64,000 nt of DNA, from NCBI GenBank assembly GCA_026023565.1, contig JAPETS010000010.1, forward strand, positions 744,001-808,000, read 5' to 3'. The translations under genes were made by a program, and so were the position numbers. Under the pieces are notes generated by a model. The model did no database searches. It was given only the letters and a program-made list of their open reading frames with translations, and was not told the DNA's origin. The stretch comes from Cirrosporium novae-zelandiae. Taxonomy: Eukaryota. Shown here in pieces: positions 1-11,535 of the stretch. The first letter of the stretch is position 1, and every line of letters starts with the position of its first letter.

Positions 1-2187
1 TCCCCCCCCCCCACCACCACCCCCATACTCACCATACTCACCACACTCAGAACCCAACAACATCGAAATGAGCGACGGGGGAGGGGTAGGGGTAGAGGGC
101 CGCTCTCAACAACGGCGGCGACAACGACGAAACCAAAATCGAAATCATGAGTATGAGTACGACCCCCCTACCACGTGGAAAAAACTCCGAGAAGTAACTT
201 GGTTTTTTTGGGGTGTTGAGGATAAGAGTGTGAGAGTTGGAGTGTATGCAGCTAGACCGGCTTGTTTTGGGATTAGTGAGTTTGATCGGAGGGAGGGGGG
301 CCAAAGTGGGGGTGGAAGTGGGAGTGGGAGTGGGAGAGGGGGGTTGTTGGTTGAGTTTGAGGGGTTGGAGATTTGTTAGAGTGGTTTAGTTTTTGGGAGG
401 TGGCGAATGGGGGTGGGGTGGTTTTTTTTGGGGGGTGCGTATTGGATGGGTTGGATAGGTCGAAGGATTGGCCGGTGGGAGGAATGGAAATGGAAGGGAA
501 TGGATTAGAAAAGACAGGAATCGGATAAACTATCGATATCGATATCGACATTCCCTTCTGGGGTCATTGGGATCACATCAGGTTAAACCAAGTTAACCCC
601 AAATCCAGATCCAAGAAGAAAGGGAGAGGGGGAAAATCCGCAGCCGAGATAGGGAACGAGTATAAGAACGAAGACGAAGATAATAGAGGGTATTTTTTAT
701 TCTACATCTTATATCCCATATCCCATATCCCATATCCAACTATTATCATTATCATTATTATTCCTGACTCCCAACTCCTAATCCCATTCTAGTTCTAGTT
801 CTAAGGTCATGTTAATGTTAATGTTAATGTTATATCAAGCCCCCATCTAAAGAAGAAGAAAAAAAAGGAGGAAAAGTCTAGGACCGAGACATGGGGATGA
901 TGAGATGGGGATGAGATGGAGAACGGTGTGTGTGGGGGGCCGGGGGGGGGGGGTATTTTATTCAATTCTATATCCCCACATATCATGTCCCATATCCCAC
1001 ATATCCCATATCTTTTTTTTTTTTTTCCCCCCACCAAGAACGAGGACGAGGCACGGTGATGGTGTGTGAAAGTATTTTATTTCTATATTTATTATCCCCT
1101 TTTTTTTACAATTTTACAATTTCCTCCTCCTTATCCCTTTCCCGACCCCCCCCCCCTCTCACCCTCTTCTAGAGGGGGGAAAGGGAAAAGGAATGAATGG
1201 ATAACAAAATAACAAAATAACAAAATAACCCATCACAACAATATCAACAAAGGTTAATAAAAAATCCTATAGATATTCCCAATACTGACGACACTAGCAT
1301 TGACACTGGCATTATCAATTATCCACAACATGGCCCCCCTTCATTTTTATACATTCTTTGCGTTCAAGGAAAGGAAAAAGGAAAAAGGAAAAAGAAAAGA
1401 AGGTGGTTGGTGAAAGATTAGACTAGGAGTCTTTTTATCAGAGGAAAATAGAAGGGAAATGCTTAGACTAACTTACTTGTTCTTACCTTTTTTCTTCTTC
1501 TTACTCTTCTTGCTTGTAATATATATATATATCCCCGTGCTAACCAAAACCAAAACCAATCCAAGCCCACCTACCTACCTACTTCTTTTTCATTTCAAAT
1601 CAATTAATTAATTTTTTTTTTTCTCTTAACTTCTTACATCTTCTTGATTTCTTAACTTTCACCTTCTTAGTCCTTCTTCTTCTCCTACTTCTTCTTCTTC
1701 TTTCTTTTTTATATGTGAAGTTGGGATTTGAAGGCCGGGTGGAATATAGAATAGCAATGATAGAATATATATATGTATGTGAATATTTAAGCAATCGACA
1801 AGAGAGAAGAGAAAAAAAAAAGGGGGATGGGTCTAGTTGATTGATTAATTAAGTAAGAGTATCTTAGGTAGGTGTCTATTCAGAGAAGAAAAAGACGTAG
1901 AAAACTAAAATTTTTTATTTGTAATTAAAACTGATGGACAAGAGTCTAATGAAAGAAGGGCCGGCCATATGCTACATGTATATCAATCGATCCAGCGATC
2001 CATCGACCCATCTATCCATTAATCCATCCATCCATCCAGTCAGTACAATCATCTCATCTCGTACCTTATCCCATCCCGCAAAAAAAAAAAAAAAAAAAGA
2101 GGACGCATTATCTATCGTTATTAACGCTTCCTTCGTCTCTATTATATCCGAGTAACAATCATCAACACTACCATCTCATAAACATAC

Positions 2188-4890
2188 TCAGGTTCTCCCC
2201 CCGTGTCCTCCCTGTCCCCAATGCCCCCAATGCCCACCTTGTCCAAAAGAAGCCTGATACCATCCATCTCCCACATCACTAGCACCCGTGGCCCCATATG
2301 TATACCCGGTTGATGGAGTCCATCCCATATTCACCATTTGCTGTTCAGCCCACGCGTTGCCAAGTGGCATAGGTTCCATAGCATTGTAATTGATAGCGTC
2401 CTGTGTCTGTGCTGGTGCTGGCGTGGCCATGGGCATCATACCTTGTGGGTGTGAGTGCGATGTTGGTGTTGGAGGAACAGAGGAAGTATTTTGGTTATTG
2501 TTTTGAGGAAAGGTATTGCGGGACGGTGAGTTTGCAAAGGCGGGATGCATTCGGATGTCTGGTTCTGGAAATGATACAGGGGGACCACCGCTGGGGGTTT
2601 GGAAGACTTCGGGTACGGAGAGGTTGCGGTCGCGGAAGCTGTTGCGGAGGTGGTTGTGGCCATGGTCGTATGCAGAAGGGTTTCTCCTCTCACGGCTTTC
2701 ACGAGGTTCGAGACTTTGGCTTTTGCATCTCTTGGGCCCTCGTTGTTTGGTACTATTTTTGGTTCCCCCGCGAGCGCAGTTGTCACTGTTGTCAACAAGT
2801 GTGTGAGGACGGTGAACTAGGCTTGGAGCGGCTGTGGAGCTTTGAAGTGTACCTGTGCTACGTGCACTCTGGGAACTGGTATATTTGTTCGAGCTGGCAG
2901 TTCGACTCATGGGAATACTGCCGACAGAGACGGGAGGGGTGATTGTATGGACAATGCGCTCGAGATTTTCTATTTTTTTCATGAATGTTTCCAAGGTCTT
3001 GAAGACACCGTCGAGGGATTTCTTGTGGGTATCAAGGCTTGATGTGATGGCTGCTGCAAGATCGTTGGCAGCCTTGTGTCCATTGCTTCCCTCGTTTTTC
3101 ATCACTTCGCCACTCAAGAGGCTCCGTTGAACTTCCTCCACTTGTTCCGCGATGGCTTTGACAGAATTGCTGAGCTCTTCGATACGTTTGCTGTTGTTCT
3201 TGTCCAACCATCCCAGCCCACCGCTTACGCCTTCCACCTTTTCTTTCACAGCCTTTATATCGGTCTTCGTTAAACTGTTCTTAACATGAAGAATATTGCT
3301 CTCCATTTTATCAATCTTCTTCAGGACGGCATCGATAGTCGTGTCTTTCTGGACATCTAGCTTTTGGTGTAGCTTTGCCATTTCCGTCTGGAGGTGATAA
3401 TGCATCGCCATCGTGTGCGCACCCACAACCTGGGAAACACTTGGATTACTTTGTGTCTGGTAATTTGGATCGGGGGTCTCGGGAAAGCAATTATAGACAT
3501 TACCGTAAGGATATTCAGAGAGAGGAGTGAAATTGCTGATGGTGCTGAGACGGCGGTAGGCATTCTCATCAGTGTCCTTGTGGGCAGTTCCTGTATTATT
3601 GCCTGGCAGACTCCCATTTCTGCTTCCACTTCCACCCGATGGATCATGAGTATAGCTTAGCTGACTTGGATCGCCACGGAAAACATAGGGAACACTCTGT
3701 ATGGTTGATCTATCCGCGTTAGTCACAGGGACACCAAAGGTGTCTTGTGATCCGTGGGATCGTGGTCCTATCGGCGAAAAATCATTCCAAGGAGGCAAGG
3801 TGTTTGGAAGAATACTATGCATAGCGTCCCAGCCACCATGTGCACTCCAAGGCGAGTAGACGGAAGACGCTGAAGGAGGCTCCGGCATAGAAAGTTCCGT
3901 GTTTTGTATACGAGCCCACGTAGGCGTGGAGGCGGTGGTGGGATGCTGGGATGTCAAGCACTGCTGTGACAGCGGAGTTCCAGGAAAGACCTCGGCCATG
4001 GCGCTTTGAACGCGTTCTTTTGACGCCTTTTGTATAAGGTTCACCTTCCTCACAGTACCGTAATCGCCATCTTTGGTAGAGAACGTACTCCCGTCTCCCA
4101 GCACCATCCCACTAGTCTTTGGTGTATTGCCTTGGACATGCATCTCCTTGGTAGTCTCGGGTATCGCTTCGCTGGATGGTATATATGTGCCCGCGTTAAT
4201 ATTAGCCATCAATGCTGTCACATCCCGTTGTGATAGCGAAGGTGTAGAGTGAACTTGACGCGATGGGGAAATCTCACTTTCTCCTTCACAGATGGAGATG
4301 CGGTATGGGTCAGGAGCTCCTCCGAATGGAGGTGCCGAAGCAGGAAACCCCTCTTCGTTATCCTTGGAATGAATGCCAAGTACTCTTGCTGCCTTTAAAG
4401 ACTCTGTTGGGAGCTGTGGTAGCTGCTTGATTTTCTCGCTCTCCCTGTCTTTGTTATTCCCCAGAGCCTGTATCTGATCTTTTGGCATCATAAACTTCTC
4501 CCGGAGATTATTGAAGCTGTTCATACTTCCGTGAAATGCAGCATTAGAGAATGGAGCAGTTACTGTTCTAATTTTGGTTGGATCCCGAGATTTGGGGGTA
4601 TAGTATGTTGGTTTGAGAGGAGCCACGGGTTCTAGAATAGGATTTGGGTGTTTGGAAACCGATGGAGAACTAGGTGAGTTTTTGTCCTGTTGATTTTTCT
4701 GGGGGGTGCATGGCATCACTGGTGGTGGTGCCTATTCAGTGTTAGAATATTGGAACTTGTAACCATAAGCGACAAAAAGCAAAGGTCCTGGTATGATACT
4801 CAGGAGCTCGTTAATGAAAACATAGAATATTCAAGGTAGCTTAACTAAAATACATACCCCAGGGTGCCTATTGTCACTATTGGAAGACAT
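2188..4890 (-). CDS. Hypothetical low-complexity/coiled-coil protein (~858 aa, 2 exons)
   Basis: 843-aa ORF. A probable 33-nt first exon at 4890-4858 (MSSNSDNRHPG) joins in frame via a GTATGT...CTAAC...TAG intron at 4857-4732. Central heptad-like segment; no recognisable domain. Confidence 0.75.
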
Positions 4891-5669
4891 TCTTCAATAT
4901 GGAGTCTTTATAATGACGTCAGAGTGAGAGTTGCTATGGTGTTCTGGTTGAAGGCCGTGTTGGAACACGTCTATGGACAGGAGAAATAAATGGGATGAGT
5001 TGGATGTAAACAGATAACATAAAGGCAACGTGTCTGTGCTAGTGGTTATTGTTTCACAACAAAGGAATGATTCCGGAATGTACTTCTATCTTCTTACGAA
5101 CTATCCTCATTATCCAATCCTCGAGATGACTACTTTCGTTGGGAAAAGGGCTCGATTGTTGTGATGGTCCTAACAGTAAACGTATTGATACCGTGTTGTC
5201 TATCACTACTCTCTCGAGATACCTTGGGTTTTACAAATTAGTGGCTTGCCATCACTGAGGCCAACGGATGAAACAATGAAAAACTCTGATAGGGAAATGA
5301 TACTCTGGCACAAAAGTGCTCGGTGTTCAAGACATGTGATAACCTAAACGTCAGATCATAGCCTCTGCTCCCGAGCCTCGAGGACTATACATTGGAAACG
5401 TAAAAGGGCTCGAATTCGTGGAGCAAGACCTTAAATTCCTATTAATATCGTATTCTCCGTGTTTTAACGTTTCTGCATAAGGTATAATCACAAGCAATTT
5501 ACTGTACCATTAACAATAATTGTTCTCCCAAAAGGGCCTTGCCAAAGAATTTTACCCCGATCACGAAAGTTCATTCTCTGGAGTTTAACTATAACCACCA
5601 TTTTGTCTCCCACCACGGCTAAAACATGTGCGGCATAGCCATGAAGGTTTGGGCTAAGGAATTTGGGTA

Positions 5670-7217
5670 TCATGATAGCCAGAAGGCAGCAATAACGGGA
5701 ACCAAAGCGACTGTTACTATTACAATCACACTGTAGAGACAATTTAGTAAATGCTCCTGCAATGATAGATGATAAAGAACTGTAGTCTTACGTATTTTGG
5801 TTCGTCCAGAACCCTTTACCCCGCTCCAAAATGGCCTCCGAGGGCTTCTCATCCTGTATCCCCTTGTCTTTTCCAGTGGATTCATCTAACAGATGTGTGT
5901 TCTCGGAGCTATCCTCAACAGAATGGCGGTCCATCCCTATTTTGGCATCCTCCATCATCCCTTTCGTCGATTCAGTACCATCAAAGGCAGTTCCTATTTG
6001 TGGGCTGATATCGGAAATGGTAGTATTGGCTGTATCTTCACCATATTGAGAACTTCCGTCATCAGATTCTTCCTGCCCCTCTTCCACAATAGCACCTAAA
6101 ACTGACGAGTGCTCGCTTTGGATTGAAATACTATGTCTTTCCCGCTCTTCATCATCATCAGAGGTGACACTGCCAGGGACCGGGGATCCAGGCTCGATGG
6201 TAACATCAGGATCCAAGTGTTGCTCGGTATCTTCAATTCTTTCATAGATGGTCTTACGGTCCGTTGGGAAAGGTTCCACAACTTGTATGACACTAGCTGC
6301 CTGTCCTGGTATTGTTCTAGTAGCAAATGTGGCAGTAGGACTGATCATATCCGTGGGTGTCAAAGGCTCATTAGGAGGGGTTGACGGCGAGCAACATTCA
6401 TGTGGGAACAAGGGAGCAGTATAGTCGGCTGAATCTCTTGTGGGAATGATGACTGAAGGTACATCACACTCATGTGGAAATAAAGGTATAGCATCTGGTT
6501 GAGGAGATCCGGAATCTGATGCAGGGGGGGACTCGACAGCCACATCTAGGGGATTTCTGAGCTCAGACCGCTCATTAGAAAAAATAAGTCCATGGTCAAT
6601 CTGTAAAGCCTCAGACTTTGGTTGAGGTGGACTGGTGGAAGTATCAATAGTCTCTTGAGGCTTATCGAGTGCTGCAGCAGTATCAGCTACCTCATCTGCA
6701 GTCGCAGCAGGACCATTTAATATTCCGTTTTCCTTGTGATCATGGTGAGCATTCTCCGGAGGTGGAAGTTCGTGTTCGGTGTCCCCAATCTCGTCTATTC
6801 TATCGTTCTCGTCAGAGGGATGGGCATCGGCATGCTTGTCCTCGATGTTTTGGCCATTTTCCAATGGCTGTACAACTAAAATGTTGTTGCGGTTACCAGC
6901 AGCATCGAGAGCTGTGACTTCAGTCAGATATGACGGTACAATTATCCACTTGTAGGCATGGGCTTACTGGTCTCTACACTTTCATCACATACCCACCAAT
7001 CCCCTGGTCCAAGGCGGAGTTTATATTCATATCGACCTTCGTCAACCTCAAATGTCTTGGAGAATTGCTGGATCGAATTGTCCACGTTGGCTTTTGGAGA
7101 AATGCCAAGTTCGATTGGTTGCCAAGGTGGATTTGTAAAGGAACCAGCTACGAAGACTGGCGGCCGAGTGTCTGGATGAGAGTAAGTAATAGTGATTTTA
7201 TGTTTCTGGTTCGTCAT
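5670..7217 (-). CDS. CBM48/AMPK-beta-type glycogen-binding domain protein with acidic linker and C-terminal transmembrane anchor
   Basis: Exon 1 7217-6968 (VFVAGSF..PPW, YEYKLRLGPGDWW), intron 6967-6912, exon 2 6911-5792 (begins TLDAAGNRNNILVV, completing the domain), intron 5791-5731, exon 3 5730-5670 (VIVIVTVALVPVIAAFWLS*). Confidence 0.8.
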
Positions 7218-8306
7218 ATTTGTAGCTTTAGCATTAATAGGAGCTGGGCTTGGCTAGGCTATAGGAGAAGAAGCAAAAGAATTGTAAGAAGCTATTTCAA
7301 AAGTATGAATTGAGAGGTAGATAGATAGATAGAATTGTTGGTTGTTGAGGTCTTGGTTAAGTTGATAACACCCAAGAGTAAATCCTAGGAAGGAACGGCA
7401 GGGAAGGATGAGGAGTTTAAGCCAAGGAGAGGGATAATGTTGAGGATTTGTGGCAAGAACATCGGGAGAAGAGGAAAAGGTGTAGTAGGTAGCTGGGGGG
7501 GTGGGGGGGGTAGGTGTAGGTAGGTGTAGGTGTAAGTGTAAGTGTAAGTACAGCAAAATGGAGGAGGGCCATGGCATGCGAGCGAGGGACTTGGTTTACT
7601 TGATTGAGAAAGGGCCATGGACCAAGAACCATGGAATACCCGCCTTCACGGTCACCTCCCGCAAGTCCGATCATATGCTCTCTTTCTCTCTCTTTCTGTT
7701 GTCTTTCCGTCTGCCTTTTTCTATTCCTGACCTTGGGATTCCTGTTTAATACCTTACTGTATTAATGGCTTTTGCTGACTACCTGTACCTAACATACGTA
7801 TATCGTTGACACATAGTAGTAATAAGTTACCGCCTTCTGTATGAAGTAGGTTGCCATGGTGCAACAGAAAAAGGAAAAATGATAGATATTTTATCCATCG
7901 TATCGGAACGGATACAGAGACGGTAAGATTTCAAGCGGCGATAATTCCTAGATAATGATGGGGTGGTTGTTACGCAGTTGAGAAAGTCAAGACCAGGTAG
8001 AGAAGGGAACGGAAAGGAAAAGGAAAGAGAAGGAGGGGGGGGGAAAGGAGCAAAGACGAAAAAGATGCAAAAAACCCCAGAAAGAATTGTAAAAGCATAG
8101 TCTTAGCCGATCAAACCAAGACCTCACCTCACCTTACCCACCTCACACCCACCAGGGCCACCTCCCACCTCCCACCTCATCAGAGCTGCCCAAAATTGGC
8201 CAAAGCATCAAAAGCATCAAAGCATAATTAACCAACCCAGCCATGTTAAAAAGTGGTCCGTGCTACTTATCGTACCGCTTTCCCCCCAAGGTCAACCCCC
8301 ATTTGT

Positions 8307-8380
8307 CCCCAAGTGCCCCCAAGTGCCCCCAAGTGCCCCCAAGTGCCCCCAAGTGCCCCCAAGTGTCCCCAATTGCCCCA
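8307..8380. repeat. 10-bp minisatellite (AAGTGCCCCC) x5 plus degenerate units
   Basis: Directly visible tandem array in the divergent intergenic region. Confidence 0.95.
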
Positions 8381-9133
8381 ACTCCACTACTAATCCCTGT
8401 TAAAGATCATATGAGTGCGTGGTTGTCTACTGGAAAAATGATCATCACTCCCAATTTGTTCCGAAGCTTGAGGGAACTACGAATATACGGTATACAAAGC
8501 ATTTATTTTTGGAAACTCTTCATCATCTGTATTCGTTGTTGTTGTCGTTGTTGTTGTGCACATATTTGAGCATCATCGACTTGTTCTCATACTATTGCGT
8601 TGCGCTTACGAACTGTGTGAATCAGTATAGAAGTATATAAAGAGATACTTTGGATTTCTTGACATTACACAGTCATGTACTGTACATGTATCTAGGTAGT
8701 ACGTTGATTCATTAATCATTAATTATTATTTGATTATTTATTGTATTTTATTATATTATTCGACATTGGTTGAAAGAAGAACATCCATACAATGTCCATA
8801 CAATACCTAGATACTTGGTAAATATAGTTACTCGAGTACAAGGACTCGACCGTTTAAATAACTTGGCTCTCACGGCTCCTAATGCCACACCAATGAACTT
8901 GGAGTTTTAGTCTACTCGAGTACTAGACCAGGTGTAGCTAAGGCCTGTCTGCCAGACCAGACCAAACCAGACAGAGTGCCCAGTGCCAGGTTAATTACTT
9001 GACCCCACCAACCTTTTTCCTTGGACAAACCCCTCCAAGTCTGAAAGCAGGGCACACATTCAAATTGTATTCTAATCAAACAAATTCTTCAACTTCAACA
9101 TTCCTGATATTCATACTCGAAAAATCTCTCATC

Positions 9134-10653
9134 ATGGCCGAAGAAGCAGAAATTGGTAAGATATCTGATGCGAAATTGCCTGTCTCGTCTCGCCATCCTC
9201 TAGAAATTGCAGGTCCTGGATCGACTATTGAAAAAGACTCGGGCTAATTGCGGAGCCCTCGTGACAGACTACACCTTGAGCAATCCCGATACCCTCACCA
9301 AATACAAGACCGCCGCTCAGATCTCCCATAAAGTCCTTGATGCGGTCACAGGTAGATGACATGAATATCCCTCAACTACTCCCGGCTAGAAGTTAATAAA
9401 AGCTTGGTAGGATGGTGTGTCGAGGGTGCCAAGGTTGTCTCAATTTGTGAGCGCGGAGATAAACTCTTGGAAGAAGAAATCGCAAAAGTCTACAAGGGAA
9501 AGAAAATTGTAAAGGGTAAGCCTCTACGGATACTACCATGTGAGAATTCAAGACTCAACGAATGAGGCAGGTGTTGCTCATCCAACTACTGTTTCTCCAA
9601 GTTCCTACGTGACTCCATATACTCCCTTAACCTCAGACACCGAAGAGGCAGAGGTGACGCTGAAGCCTGCGGAGATTATCAAAATCCAATTGGGTGCTCA
9701 GATTGATGGATTTGGAACCATTGTTTGCGATTCTATCAGAATACCATCGGAGAAGGACAAGGATAGCGAAACTCCAGCACGAGAAGCAGACTTGATGCTA
9801 GCAACCCATTATGCAAATGAATTATTGATTAGACTTATGTTACCCCCAGGCCTTCTTGCCAGTGGTACAGATGAAGAGAAGAAGCAGGCCGCTGCTGAAA
9901 AGCCAATAACGCAATCTAAGATGAATTCTTTGCTGGAAAAAGTGGTGAAGAGCTTTGACTGCAACTTGATTGAGAGCACGACCAGCTGGCTATTTGAAAG
10001 GAATGAGATTGAGGGCAAGAAGAAGATTATTCTAGCTCCAGGGACTGGCGTGAAAGGTGAAGGGAGTCCGGAAGTTGGTGAGGTTTGGGGTGTCGAGATG
10101 GGGGTTACGACAGGAAATGGCAAAGTCAAGAAATTAGACGATAAGAGGTCTACACTACATCGTCGGACAACTACCACGTACCAATTGAAGAGGCCAAGTT
10201 CAAGACAAACACTTTCTGAGATTGTCAAAAAGTTCTCCACATTCCCATTCAGCCTTAGACAGCTTGATGATGAAAGAGCAGCCAAGGTAGGCATTGTTGA
10301 ATGCGTGCGATCAGGCGTCGTCAGAGAATATGAGGTTGTTGCAGAATCGGATGCTGAACCGGTGGCTAGAATTTTTACCACGATCGGTAAGTATTGTTTA
10401 CAATGTCTACGATACCAAGAAAATGCTGACTGTCCTAGCCATCACAAAGAATGGCATTACCCGTTTGGCCGCACCTCCAACTCTTGATGTTACCAAATAT
10501 AAGACGGAGAATAAAATCACAGATGAGGAGATCCTCAAGATTCTAGAGCAGCCGGTATCCAGATCAACTGGTTCCAAAAACAAGAATAAGAAGAAGAAGA
10601 AGCCTGCCAAGAAGGCCGCCAACGAAGGAGGCGAATCTAGCGAGGAAAAGTGA
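9134..10653 (+). CDS. Curved DNA-binding protein Cdb4 / Arx1 / PA2G4-like (peptidase M24 fold)
   Basis: Spliced N-terminus MAEEAEI-DYTLSNPDTLTKYKTAAQIS (intron 9156-9267), KIQLGAQIDGF, RTTTTYQLKRPSSR, FPFSLRQL and a Lys-rich C-terminal tail; 4 introns. Confidence 0.88.
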
Positions 10654-11535
10654 AAACTTCGTCGGGAAAGTCATAAAGGACGGTTTTGATGAGTTCGACT
10701 CTTGCAGAAGCTGGGACAAGCTGTGATGAGGAATGCGATGGATGATCCTATCACATGAAATGCTTCCACAGCAGTAAAAGCTGCCGATGTCTAATGGTCT
10801 ACCGGTCTAGTCGCCACAAAAGCGATAGACTAAAATCCAGGACTGTATCACTATTTTGATATCTAGAAACAGGCAGCAATAAAATCAAGTTCCTTCATTG
10901 TTTTCAACATTCAATATCATCTTACCTTCACCTCATCCCCATTACAAACTTAGGGCTTCAGTCGCGATTTTATGACCAATCACATGAAGCGTTGCCTACA
11001 GACTTGGGTCACAGATCTTCTCAATAAATAGATAAACCAATATCCTCAACTCCATTAAATGAACAAACACTTTTCTTCTTCTTTCATCCGTAGAAACCTA
11101 TTCATTCACTAGCTGGTGATGCAAGTATTATCATCCCTTATTTTTATCACCGTGACCCGATCTGGTGAAAGACACTGGAAAACTCTGAATACTTTTAGAA
11201 AATAAGTTTGACTGCTTCTCAAATCTATCCAATAACCCTAAAGCAATCAACACTTGGAAATCGGACATCAGCTTTGTGATATAATTCCCGGACATTCGGC
11301 GGGAGTTGGTGACTATCCGCAGCTCTCTCGCTTATTCTTCTCTAGCCCTTAAGAACTTCCTCTAACCCTTCCTCCTCCTACATCTTGAACGCGCCGGCTT
11401 TCGCGACACCTCCGGACCCCACTGCTGATAATAATTGAAATTGTTTGTGAGTGCTGTAACTATCTTATTGAATGTATTCACTAACAGTGCGTAGTTTCTA
11501 TTTAATTCCGCACCCGCGCGTCAGGGGCCGTATCC

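Noticed and set aside
1..2155. Several short ORFs in the first 2 kb
   Set aside because: They arise from simple repeats and homopolymers, with no domain or convincing splice structure. ORF 68-379 could be the tail of an upstream gene, but I cannot support that.
11233..11241. TAACCCTAA, like a telomerase RNA template
   Set aside because: A single 9-mer in the short promoter/5'UTR of the PHD gene, with no room or structural support for a telomerase RNA.
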